Source of the DNA: Anaerolinea sp.
Lineage (GTDB): Bacteria; Chloroflexota; Anaerolineae; Aggregatilineales; Aggregatilineaceae
NCBI GenBank assembly: GCA_020725705.1
Contig: DYEN01000577.1
Span: forward strand, 1-56,423
DNA: 56,423 nucleotides
Direction of reading: 5' to 3'
Below are positions 8,655-17,166 of the stretch, piece after piece. The position numbers and the translations under genes are program-made. The notes below the pieces were generated by a model, which made no database searches, was not told where the DNA came from, and saw nothing but the letters and a program-made list of their open reading frames with translations. Positions within the stretch are counted from its first letter, which is position 1. Every line of letters starts with the position of its first letter.

Positions 8655-9532
8655 AGCGCCTCCGCCACGAACTGGATCTCGACCTGCCCGTTCTCGATGC
8701 GCGCTCGATAACGCGGCTGTGGAAAGGTCGCCGGGCCGTGCACCACCCTGCCGTCGCGCACATCGAAGACCGAGTCGTGCCACGGGCACTGAACACAGGT
8801 GCCGTCGAACGTTCCTTCTTCTAGCGGGCCGCCCGCGTGCGAGCACACCGCGCCGATGGCGTAGACCGTTCCCCCGAAGCGGTAGAGCAACACGGGCGCG
8901 CCCTCAACCTCGACGCGATGCGGCCGGTGCTCGACCAGCTCGCTTGCGGGCATCACGGCAGTCCAGTCGCCCGGCCCGGACGGCTTGGGGGCGTGGTTGA
9001 CGCCGACCCGTTTGCGGAAGACCAGCTCGCCGCCCAGATAGCCGCCCACCGTCACCCACCCGAAGCCTAGCAGTGAGAGCGCCGTCGCCAGCCCACGCCG
9101 GTCCTGGCGGCGCGCGATCAACGACAGCCCGTAGAACGTCAGCGCCACATCGTTGACGATCGCGTGCAGCGCGGCCAGCGGCGCCGCGTCGCGCTTGATC
9201 GCGGAATAATCGGCCAGGCCGGTCAGCGCGGTCGGGATCGCCGCCGCCGTCCCCAGGCCGGTCAGCGCGTCCCCGGCCCGCTGCGTCCGCTCCGAGCGCG
9301 TCAGCAGACCGGCAAGGTCGAACAGGCTCCCGAAGCTCCACCCGCCGATGGTAAGGTCGGTCAGCAGCGGATGCGCAGGATGCCCGAGCCACTTGCCGTG
9401 CAGCACATCAATCGCCCGGCGCGCCGGTTCGCCCGCCCCCAACACCGCGCGGTGCATCGCCTGGGCAGCCTGGCGGGCGAAACGCGTAAAGCCCGGCACG
9501 CGCTCGATCACACTGGTCAAAAGCATCATCAC
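8651..9532 (-). CDS. Membrane protein with N-terminal DUF2231-like domain fused to a C-terminal Rieske [2Fe-2S] domain
   Basis: 293 aa. N-terminal polytopic part with LGHPAHPLLTDLTIG. C-terminal Rieske motifs CSHAGGPL ... CPWHDSVF. Confidence 0.8.
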   Translation of the reverse strand: MMMLLTSVIERVPGFTRFARQAAQAMHRAVLGAGEPARRAIDVLHGKWLGHPAHPLLTDLTIGGWSFGSLFDLAGLLTRSERTQRAGDALTGLGTAAAIPTALTGLADYSAIKRDAAPLAALHAIVNDVALTFYGLSLIARRQDRRGLATALSLLGFGWVTVGGYLGGELVFRKRVGVNHAPKPSGPGDWTAVMPASELVEHRPHRVEVEGAPVLLYRFGGTVYAIGAVCSHAGGPLEEGTFDGTCVQCPWHDSVFDVRDGRVVHGPATFPQPRYRARIENGQVEIQFVAEAL

Positions 9533-9700
9533 ACGTTACTGTCCTTTCTGAAGCATGCCGCGCAACGGTGCGCAGCGAAAAGCAGCGCTATCTCGTATTA
9601 TGAACTTAGATCGATTAGCAGCCGTCTGCCCACTGGCCGGGCGACCCGGCGCGCGTCGCCGCGTGGAGCTGGCCGGCACATTCTGAAAGCGCAGGACGCC

Positions 9701-10513
9701 ATGCTGCCACAGCAACAACTCATCACGCGCGTGCGCGCGCTCGCCGAGCGTGACGCCCGCCTGAACGCGCTGATGATGTACGGCTCATTCACACGGGGCG
9801 AAGGCGACGCCTACTCGGATATCGAGTTTCTGCTGTTCTTCGAGGACGCGGCGTTCGACCAGGTCGCGCCGCGAGCGTGGATCGAACAGGTCGCGCCGGT
9901 GCTGCTGGACTACACCAACGAGCACGGCATCGTCGAGGTGATCTTCGACAACCTGGTGCGCGGCGAGTTTCATTTTCACCGCGTCTCCGACATGCCCATG
10001 GCGGAGTCCTGGCGCGGCGTGGTGACGTTTCCCACGCTGGAATCAACCCTGCTGGTCGACAAAACCGGCCATTTCGCTGCGTACCTCGCCCCGCTGATCG
10101 GGCCGCCGCCGGAGCGCGCCACACCCGCCGCGCTGGAAACGCTGGCGCGCCACTTCGCCAATCTCTGGCTGTTCGGCCACAACGTCCAGCGGCGCGGAGA
10201 GCACGCGCGGGCGCTGGAGATGTTGAACGGCGTGCACCGCGCGCTGTTGCACCTGGCGCGCGCCGTCGAAGGGCAGACGGCCAACTGGCTGACACCCTCA
10301 AAAGGGCTGGAGCAGGACCTCGGCGCCGACTCTTACGCACGCTTCCGCGCCTGCACCGCGCCGCTGGATCCGGCTGCGCTGAGCCGCGCTTATGCGGAAA
10401 GCTGGCTGTGGGGACGCGAACTGCTCGACCGCGTCGAGGCGCAATACGGGATTGGGTTGCCGGGCGCGGTGCTGGAGCGGCTGTCGGGTCTGGCGGGCGC
10501 GCTGAGCACCTAG
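9701..10513 (+). CDS. Nucleotidyltransferase, lincosamide nucleotidyltransferase Lnu(B)/Lnu(F)-like
   Basis: 270 aa. Motifs MMYGSFTRGEGDAYSDIEF, VIFDNLVRGEFHF and NLWLFGHNVQRRGEHARALEML match my recollection of Lnu(B)-type enzymes. ATG at 9701 has AGGA 5 nt upstream. The upstream part of ORF 9164..10513 is antisense to the Rieske gene. Confidence 0.7.
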   Translation: MLPQQQLITRVRALAERDARLNALMMYGSFTRGEGDAYSDIEFLLFFEDAAFDQVAPRAWIEQVAPVLLDYTNEHGIVEVIFDNLVRGEFHFHRVSDMPMAESWRGVVTFPTLESTLLVDKTGHFAAYLAPLIGPPPERATPAALETLARHFANLWLFGHNVQRRGEHARALEMLNGVHRALLHLARAVEGQTANWLTPSKGLEQDLGADSYARFRACTAPLDPAALSRAYAESWLWGRELLDRVEAQYGIGLPGAVLERLSGLAGALST

Positions 10514-10524
10514 AGCCTGTCCGG

Positions 10525-11250
10525 CTACCTCAGCCCGAAGCGCCCGCCGAAGAATGCCTGGTAGAACGGGATGCGGCCCGGCACGGCGCGCTTTTCGAAC
10601 GCCTCGACCAGCGGCGCGTCATCATATAACACCTGATGATGGTCGATCACAATGTTGCCGCGGCGCAGGTCGATGACACAGTAGTTGGCGCTGGCGCTCG
10701 TCTGGCAGCCAAGCGAGCCGGGGTTGATGTACATGGCGCGGCCCTGCGTGCTCGACTTCGACGGCACATGGCCATAGAAGACAAGCTGCGTCTGCAGGCG
10801 CTCAAACAGCCGGTCGAGATCGTCTGCCGTGGCGTCGGGCTGCGCCGGGAGAAAATCGCGCCCGGTCTCGCCCAGCGCGTAGTGCACAAAGGCGATCGGG
10901 ACATCCTCGATCTCGGTCTCCACCACGTACGGCCAGCCCGCCACCGTGTCGCGCAGCGCCGCGTCCAGGGCTTCGATGGTCCAGCGCTGGTGCTCGAATT
11001 CCTCTTCGCTCATGCCGTCCGGCAGGCTATCGGGCAGCCCGTTGACGAAGGCGGCGTCATAATCGCCCATGAGCAGGTGTATGTTGGGGGTATTGAGCAG
11101 CAGATCGAGCGTTTCGGCGGGGAACGGCCCGATCCCGATCGCGTCGCCGGTGTGATAAATCGCATCCACCCCTTCGGCGTTGATCGCTTCGAGTGCCGCC
11201 TGTAAGGCCGGCAGATTTCCGTGCGCGTCCGTGATCACAGCGATTTTCAT
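10525..11250 (-). CDS. Metallophosphoesterase (YfcE/MJ0936-like)
   Basis: MKIAVITDAHGN ... YHTGDAIGIGP ... GHVP/CVID layout typical of calcineurin-like phosphoesterases. GGAGG lies 5 nt upstream of the ATG at 11250. Confidence 0.8.
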   Translation of the reverse strand: MKIAVITDAHGNLPALQAALEAINAEGVDAIYHTGDAIGIGPFPAETLDLLLNTPNIHLLMGDYDAAFVNGLPDSLPDGMSEEEFEHQRWTIEALDAALRDTVAGWPYVVETEIEDVPIAFVHYALGETGRDFLPAQPDATADDLDRLFERLQTQLVFYGHVPSKSSTQGRAMYINPGSLGCQTSASANYCVIDLRRGNIVIDHHQVLYDDAPLVEAFEKRAVPGRIPFYQAFFGGRFGLR

Positions 11251-11365
11251 GCGCGCCTCCACAGCACGACTGATGCTCGTCGCGGGCCGGTGCGCGAGCC
11301 GTTAGATCGAATTGCGGGCGACCGGGCGCCCGTTTATGCAGATTGTAGCAGCGGGCCGCAGCAGC

Positions 11366-11989
11366 TCACAGCAACGCGCGGAGCCTGCGGGTGATAGCAT
11401 CGGGGGGCGTGCCGTAGGGGAAGACAATCGCCAGCCGGCCTTCGCGGTCCAGCGCAAAAACCGATGCGGTGTGGTCCACCAGATAGTTCTCGGAGCCGCT
11501 GGCGGGCGCGTGCGCCTGATAGTACACGCCGAACTCGGCTGTCACCGGGCGCAGCGCGGCCTCGTCGCCGGTCAGGCCGATGAAGTCCGGGTCAAAAGCG
11601 CTCACATACGCCGCCAGACGCTCCGGCGTGTCGCGCGCGCCGTCCACGCTGACGAACACAAACGCCACCTCGCCCGCGCTGCGCCCCAACTGCGACTTCA
11701 CCTGCTTAAACTCGGCCAGGGTCGTCGGGCAGATATCCGGGCAGTGCGTGAAGCCGAAGAAGACCAGAGTCACCCGCCCGCGCAGGTCGTCGAGGCCAAA
11801 GGGCGCGCCGGTGTGATCGATCAGCGTGAAATCGGCCAGCTCGCGCGGTGGGTTGAGCACGGTGCCGGGCAGCGGGGTAGCGGTCGGCCGTGCCGGATCG
11901 GGCGCCAGGCCGCAGCCCGCCAGGACCCCCGCCAGCAGCGTCAGGCCGAGCAGCATCAGACGTGGTCGAGGTCGCAGCATCGCGATCAC
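11366..11989 (-). CDS. SCO1/SenC family copper chaperone/thiol-disulfide protein (lipoprotein)
   Basis: Lipobox LAGC. Thioredoxin-fold CxxxC copper site FGFTHCPDICP. 4-nt overlap with the upstream PCuAC gene. Confidence 0.9.
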   Translation of the reverse strand: MIAMLRPRPRLMLLGLTLLAGVLAGCGLAPDPARPTATPLPGTVLNPPRELADFTLIDHTGAPFGLDDLRGRVTLVFFGFTHCPDICPTTLAEFKQVKSQLGRSAGEVAFVFVSVDGARDTPERLAAYVSAFDPDFIGLTGDEAALRPVTAEFGVYYQAHAPASGSENYLVDHTASVFALDREGRLAIVFPYGTPPDAITRRLRALL

Positions 11990-12495
11990 TCCTGCACCAG
12001 CGGCCGGACCGGCGCCTCAACCACCAGTTCCAGGCCGGACTCGAAGATCAGCGTCAGTGCGACAACATCATCCGGCGCCAGAGCGCGATCCAGGTCGAGC
12101 AGCATCAGATGCAGGCCACCCGGCTCCAGCACGACCGACGCCCCCGCCGCCACATCCACGCCGGATACCGGCGCCATATGCATCATCTCGCCCTGCATCG
12201 TCGTCTCATGGATCTCGACCGCGCCCGCCCCTTCGGCCCGCGCGCCGATCAGACGCTCGCCGTGCGGCAGGGTGTTGACCAGCGTGAGATAGGCGGCGGT
12301 CATCTGCCCCGGCTCCGTGCCGGTTGTCGCCCGCACCCAGGCGTCTCGCACGGTGATGGCCGGCGTCCCGCCGGTCGTCGGCGTGGCTGTTGCCGGCTTG
12401 TCCGCGCCGCCGCATCCGGCCAGCGCCAGGATGCCCAGCCCGAGCACCAGCCACCCAGTCCACCGGTGCAGGCGTCTCCGCCGCAGTCCGATCAT
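11986..12495 (-). CDS. Periplasmic copper chaperone PCu(A)C (DUF461)
   Basis: Lipobox LAGC. His/Met-rich Cu(I) motif region EIHETTMQGEMMHMAPV. Adjacent to SCO1, as is usual for this pair. Confidence 0.85.
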   Translation of the reverse strand: MIGLRRRRLHRWTGWLVLGLGILALAGCGGADKPATATPTTGGTPAITVRDAWVRATTGTEPGQMTAAYLTLVNTLPHGERLIGARAEGAGAVEIHETTMQGEMMHMAPVSGVDVAAGASVVLEPGGLHLMLLDLDRALAPDDVVALTLIFESGLELVVEAPVRPLVQE

Positions 12496-12521
12496 CGTCT
12501 CTCCCTGCCCCAGGCAGCCGG

Positions 12522-12935
12522 TCAGCGTGTGTCCGGATCGAGCGTCAGCGCCGCCGAGTTGATGCAGTAGCGCAGACCCGTCTTGTCGCGCGGGCCGTCG
12601 TCGAACAAATGCCCCAGGTGGCCGCCGCAGCGGCTGCAGATCACTTCGGTGCGGATCATGCCGTGGCTGGTGTCACGGCGCAGCTCCACGCGCCCGCTTT
12701 CCAGCACGTCCCAAAAGCTCGGCCAGCCGGACCCGGAATCGTACTTGGTTTCGGACGAAAAGAGGGGCTGACCGCACCCCGCGCAGCGGTAGATACCGTC
12801 CGCTTTGGCGTGCACATATTCGCCCGTGAAGGGCGGCTCGGTCCCGCGCTGGCGCAGGATGCGGTACTGCTCCGGCGTGAGCAGCGCGCGCCATTCCTCA
12901 TCGGTCCTGTGGATTTTCTCGTTCTCTTCCATCAT
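12522..12935 (-). CDS. msrB: Peptide-methionine (R)-S-oxide reductase MsrB
   Basis: RCAGCGQPLF ... GWPSFWD ... ICSRCGGHLGHLFDDGP: two CxxC zinc motifs plus the catalytic RC..GHLGHVF-type motif. Start at MMEENEK (12935). Confidence 0.93.
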   Translation of the reverse strand: MMEENEKIHRTDEEWRALLTPEQYRILRQRGTEPPFTGEYVHAKADGIYRCAGCGQPLFSSETKYDSGSGWPSFWDVLESGRVELRRDTSHGMIRTEVICSRCGGHLGHLFDDGPRDKTGLRYCINSAALTLDPDTR

Positions 12936-12996
12936 CCATCGCTCTCCCAAATTTCCCGATGCCTCGCCATAGGTCGCTCGATATGTCTGTGTAGCG

Positions 12997-14058
12997 CTAG
13001 CCTTCCAGGGTGTAAGTGAGGGTCCCGCTGACCGCGCCCAGCGGCAAGCTGACCGCCGCACCGGCGTGGCGCTGGAAGTTCAGCCCGCTCACCGTCACCG
13101 TGATCGACCACTCGCCCGGCTCCAGCGCGACGTTGGCGCCGTAATGATAGCCCATAACCGGCGAGAGAACGGGCTGAAGCGCGACCTCAAACGCCTGGTG
13201 ATCGCCATGCGCGCCGCTGCCCGCCGGCTCGAAGCGCAGCGTCACGTCGGCGCCGAGCAGCTTTTCCTCGAAGTTGACCGCGTGATCGGTGACATCAACC
13301 GCAAAATAGCGCACGCCCTCACCGTGCTCGTGCGCGGAAAGCTCCTCGACCGGCTGAGCCGCGCCGTCCCGCACCTCGTACAGCGTTTCGGCGTGGTGCG
13401 CGTGAAGCACGACGTGCACGCCCTGCCGCGTGAACTCGCCCACCGTCTGCATCCTCATCGCGGTGTTTTCGACGTTGCCTTCGGCGTCAAGCCGAAAGCC
13501 CCCTTCCCACTCGACCGGCTCCAGCCAGCGATCATGCGTGCCTTCCACCCGCAGCGCCTGAGCCGGGCTGATGGTGACGTGCCACTCGTAGCGCGCGTCC
13601 GGCGCCAGCGTGTAGTTGTCGCCGAAGTGATAGCCGTGACCGGGGGCGTACATGGCCGGGGCCATGTCGTCGATGACGACCTCGCCCGTCTCGGCGTTGC
13701 GCACGACCAGGTGTACCGTCACGGGCAGACGCTCGCCCAGCGCCAGCTCCGCGTCGAGCACATCGACGGTGACATGCTTCATGCTGTCGTCAATCTCGCC
13801 AACCTGCTGCAGCCGCCCGTCCACCACGTCATACAGCGTCGCGGCAGGCGTCACGTTAAAGAGAAGCTGCATCCCGGCGCGGTTTTCGCGGGCCAGCGCC
13901 AGCCCGTGCGTGTGAGACGCGTAGGCGGGCTGTGCGGCGGAGCAGTCGCAGTCCGCCTGAGACTCGTCCGGCCGGAAGATCAGCAGCGCCGCGATCAAGA
14001 CCGGGGCCAGCACAAGCGCGAAAATCAGCGGAAAGATGAAAACCCTCTTGTCTTGCAT
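12997..14058 (-). CDS. Membrane-anchored extracytoplasmic protein with two tandem P19/FetP/Tp34-like (Fe/Cu-binding) domains
   Basis: N-terminal TM anchor (VFIFPLIFALVLAPVLIAALLIF). There are two internal repeats. Each ends in a GPHYGANI-like motif (GHGYHFGDNYTL; VMGYHYGANVAL), preceded by V(D)V.D(A/H) strands. This matches my recollection of Campylobacter P19. The protein is His-rich. Confidence 0.55.
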   Translation of the reverse strand: MQDKRVFIFPLIFALVLAPVLIAALLIFRPDESQADCDCSAAQPAYASHTHGLALARENRAGMQLLFNVTPAATLYDVVDGRLQQVGEIDDSMKHVTVDVLDAELALGERLPVTVHLVVRNAETGEVVIDDMAPAMYAPGHGYHFGDNYTLAPDARYEWHVTISPAQALRVEGTHDRWLEPVEWEGGFRLDAEGNVENTAMRMQTVGEFTRQGVHVVLHAHHAETLYEVRDGAAQPVEELSAHEHGEGVRYFAVDVTDHAVNFEEKLLGADVTLRFEPAGSGAHGDHQAFEVALQPVLSPVMGYHYGANVALEPGEWSITVTVSGLNFQRHAGAAVSLPLGAVSGTLTYTLEG

Positions 14059-14175
14059 ACCAGCGTTCAACCCTTTCACGCACAACAGTCATGAAACACC
14101 ACGCCGTACGGCGTCGCCCGGCCCAACGGTTGGATGCGCAGGGAAGAAGGAACGTCGCGGGCGGGTTGGCGCGCC

Positions 14176-14481
14176 CTATTCGGGGCGAGGCAACGCCTCG
14201 ATCTGCCCGATCAGCGCGAAGTCGCGCTCGGTGATACCCCCGGCGGAATGGGTCATCACGCGGACCGTCAGGTGTTTGTAGTCGTGAAGATGCAGGTCCG
14301 GGTGATGATCGAGGCTCTCGGCCAGGTGCGCGATCGCATTGAGAAAGAGGATCGCGCGGCTGAAGTTCTTGAAGACGAACTCCGCGTAAAGCTGCCCGTC
14401 GTCACCCAACTGCCACGCCGGATAGCTGCCAAGCCGCTCGCGGACAGCCGCTTCACTCATGGGCTGCGCTTGCTCTGGCAT
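14176..14481 (-). CDS. phhB: Pterin-4-alpha-carbinolamine dehydratase
   Basis: 101 aa. NAIAHLAESLDHHPDLHL.Y..LTVRVMTHSAGGITERD is the canonical PCD/DCoH core. Confidence 0.88.
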   Translation of the reverse strand: MPEQAQPMSEAAVRERLGSYPAWQLGDDGQLYAEFVFKNFSRAILFLNAIAHLAESLDHHPDLHLHDYKHLTVRVMTHSAGGITERDFALIGQIEALPRPE

Positions 14482-14758
14482 GGATGTCTCTCCTGCACAA
14501 CGTGTCGTGGTTTATTCCAGCCGCCCCTTACCGCCCGCCTGCAATCCCGGCGCGCGAGTGGGCAATTGCGTGCAGATTATACGATAAATTAAAAGGAACT
14601 CATAAGAAACTTGCGTGTTTCTAAAGCACTGCTAATGCGGAGCGTGTAACCTGTCATCCGAACACGGCATCTGATAATACGTATGCGCGTTGCAACTCTT
14701 CACTACCGCAGCGATGCAGACACCGGACGGGTTTGAACAACGGAACGAGGATGAGAGC

Positions 14759-15418
14759 ATGGCGAACAATGGGAAGCTGGCCGGTACGGGAAATGGGAAC
14801 GGCCACGTGCAGCAGGCTGTCGAGCGTCTGGCTGCCCAGACCTTTCACGCGCTGGACTCGCGCGCGGCGATTGAAGAAGCGGTCAAGCTGATCTTGATCA
14901 ATGTGGGCGAGGACCCCAACCGCGACGGGCTGTTGCGCACGCCGCAGCGTGTCGCGCGCATGTATGAAGAGCTGCTCGAAGGCTATCACCAGGATTTGCA
15001 AGCCGTCCTCAACGACGCGCTGTTCGATGTGGAATATGGCGAGGGCGAGATGGTGGTTGTGGCCGATATCGAGTACCAGTCGCTGTGCGAGCATCATATG
15101 CTGCCGTTTGTGGGCAAAGCGCACGTTGCCTACATCCCGCGCCACAAGATCGTCGGCCTCAGCAAGATCCCGCGCATCGTGGATATGTTCGCCCGGCGTC
15201 TGCAGGTGCAGGAGCGCATGACCAACGAGATCGCGGACGCGCTTGAGGAAGTGCTCGATCCCGTCGGCGTGATAGTCGTCGTCGAAGGCCAGCATAGCTG
15301 CGCGTCATTGCGCGGCGTCAAGAAGCACGGCGTCAACATGGTCACCACCGCCAAGCGCGGCGAGTTCCGCACCAACCGCGACCTGCGCGACGAGTTCTAC
15401 CGGCTGATCGGGCGCTAG
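14759..15418 (+). CDS. folE: GTP cyclohydrolase I (FolE)
   Basis: [59 protein letters not shown]. Start chosen at the ATG at 14759 with GAGGA upstream; the ORF is open from 14690. Confidence 0.93.
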   Translation: MANNGKLAGTGNGNGHVQQAVERLAAQTFHALDSRAAIEEAVKLILINVGEDPNRDGLLRTPQRVARMYEELLEGYHQDLQAVLNDALFDVEYGEGEMVVVADIEYQSLCEHHMLPFVGKAHVAYIPRHKIVGLSKIPRIVDMFARRLQVQERMTNEIADALEEVLDPVGVIVVVEGQHSCASLRGVKKHGVNMVTTAKRGEFRTNRDLRDEFYRLIGR

Positions 15419-15453
15419 ACCGGCGCCTGACTCGCACTTCAAAGGACGCGCGT

Positions 15454-16221
15454 ATGGACCTGCACGAGAAGGTTGTCCTGGTGACCGGCGGCGCGCACCG
15501 CGTCGGCAAAGCGATTGCCCTTGCCTTCGCCGGGGCGGGCGCGCACGTCGTGATCCACTACGGCTCGTCGGAAGATGCCGCGCACGCCACCGCCCGCGAG
15601 ATCAAATCGCTCGGCGTGCAGGCGCTCGTCGTCCAGGCGGACCTGGCGGACCCGGCGGCCATCGCGGACCTGTTCGAGGCGGTGCGCGATCGCTTCGGGC
15701 GGCTGGATGTGCTGGTCAACAGCGCCGCGAACTTCATCAAACAGCCATTCGACGAAGTCACGCTGGACGCCTGGAAAGATGCCATGCAGGTCAACCTGCG
15801 CGCGCCGTTTTTCTGCACGCAGCATGCCGCCCGCCTGATGCGCGCCACGCCCCGCCCTGCCGACCAGCCCGCCGCCATCATCAACATCGGCGACCTGGCG
15901 GGGGTGCACCCCTGGCGCGATTTCGTGCAGCACGGCGTCGCCAAGGCCGGGCTGCTTCACCTCACCAAGATCAGCGCGCGCGAACTGGGGCCGGACGTGC
16001 GCGTCAACGCCATCGTGCCCGGCGCCATCCTGCCCCCGGCCTCGATCGCGCCCGACAGCGAGCGCTGGCAGGCGATGGGCGAAAGCGTTCCGCTGCGCCG
16101 CACGGGCCACCCCCGCTACGTGGCGCAGACCGCTATCTTTCTGGCGCAAAACGACTACATTACCGGCGCGATCATCCCGGTCGACGGAGGTGAGCACCTG
16201 ATCGGCATCGGCACGCACTAG
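15454..16221 (+). CDS. Short-chain dehydrogenase/reductase, pteridine-reductase (FolM/PTR1)-like by context
   Basis: VLVTGGAHRVGKAIALAFAGAGAHVVIHYGSS cofactor-binding turn, NSAA and SDR-fold motifs. Lies 35 nt downstream of folE. Confidence 0.8.
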   Translation: MDLHEKVVLVTGGAHRVGKAIALAFAGAGAHVVIHYGSSEDAAHATAREIKSLGVQALVVQADLADPAAIADLFEAVRDRFGRLDVLVNSAANFIKQPFDEVTLDAWKDAMQVNLRAPFFCTQHAARLMRATPRPADQPAAIINIGDLAGVHPWRDFVQHGVAKAGLLHLTKISARELGPDVRVNAIVPGAILPPASIAPDSERWQAMGESVPLRRTGHPRYVAQTAIFLAQNDYITGAIIPVDGGEHLIGIGTH

Positions 16222-16370
16222 ACCGCTGCCCCCGCTCTCCGAGTGCCGGCCCCACAACCCAAATCAATCCGTTGCAATCACGAGGCTGCCCCGCGCTCGT
16301 CCGGCGCGCCGTGCCGCCTGTGCTCTCCCTACCCTGAGCTGCCGGACACCAGAACCACAGGAGCAACTAC

Positions 16371-17153
16371 GTGAACACAGCCAACCCTGCCACCGAGCAG
16401 ACCTTCCGCAATCTGCGCCGCTTTAACCTGATCATGGGTGTCTTCCACCTGATTCAGGGCCTCGTGATGCTGATCATCAGCAACGATTTCACCGTCCCGA
16501 TCAACACCTACTTCCTCAAATTCGTCGAAGGCGAGGGGTTGGTCAGCGACCCGCAAACCTGGTTCGAGCTGCCGCTTGGGCCGTTCATCGCGTCGTTTCT
16601 GTTCATGTCCGCCATCGCGCACTTTGTCATCTCCCTCCCCGGCGTCTACGAGTGGTACGTGCGCAACCTCAAGCGGGGAATCAACTACGCCCGCTGGGTC
16701 GAGTACGCCTTCAGTTCGTCGGTGATGATCGTCGCCATCGCCACGCTGTTCGGCATGTACGACGTCGCCGGCCTGCTGGCGTTGTTCGCGCTCAACGCCG
16801 CGATGATCCTGTTCGGCTGGATGATGGAGCTGCACAACCAGACCACCGAGCGCACCAACTGGACGGCCTTCATCTTTGGCTGCATCGTCGGCATCGTGCC
16901 GTGGATCGCGATCGGGATCTACTTCGTCGGCTCGGTCACCAGCGGCGAGAACGTGCCGGACTTCGTCTACGCGATCTACATCTCGCTGTTCCTGTTCTTC
17001 AACATCTTCGCGCTCAACCAGTTCTTGCAGTATAAACAGGTGGGCCGCTGGAAGGATTACCTGTTCGGCGAGCGGATGTACATTGTGCTGTCGCTTGTCG
17101 CCAAGTCGCTGCTGGCGTGGCAGGTCTTCTTCGGCACGCTCCAGCCCAGCTAA
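16371..17153 (+). CDS. Heliorhodopsin (seven-TM retinal protein, inverted topology family)
   Basis: 260 aa, GTG start with AGGAG upstream. Family motifs run along the whole length: FNLIMGVFHLIQ, RWVEYAFSSSVMIV (counterion Glu), MILFGWMME, FGCIVGIVPWIAIGIY, ISLFLFFNIFALNQFLQ, GERMYIVLSLVAKSLLAWQVF (Schiff-base Lys). These match my recollection of heliorhodopsin 48C12. Confidence 0.92.
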   Translation: MNTANPATEQTFRNLRRFNLIMGVFHLIQGLVMLIISNDFTVPINTYFLKFVEGEGLVSDPQTWFELPLGPFIASFLFMSAIAHFVISLPGVYEWYVRNLKRGINYARWVEYAFSSSVMIVAIATLFGMYDVAGLLALFALNAAMILFGWMMELHNQTTERTNWTAFIFGCIVGIVPWIAIGIYFVGSVTSGENVPDFVYAIYISLFLFFNIFALNQFLQYKQVGRWKDYLFGERMYIVLSLVAKSLLAWQVFFGTLQPS

Positions 17154-17166
17154 GGGCGGTTACTTC

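Noticed and set aside
9164-9700. N-terminal 179 codons of the tracked 449-aa ORF 9164..10513
   Set aside because: This part lies antisense to the Rieske-DUF2231 gene and is R/A/G/Q-rich. The NTase homology begins at MLPQQQL (9701), which has its own RBS.
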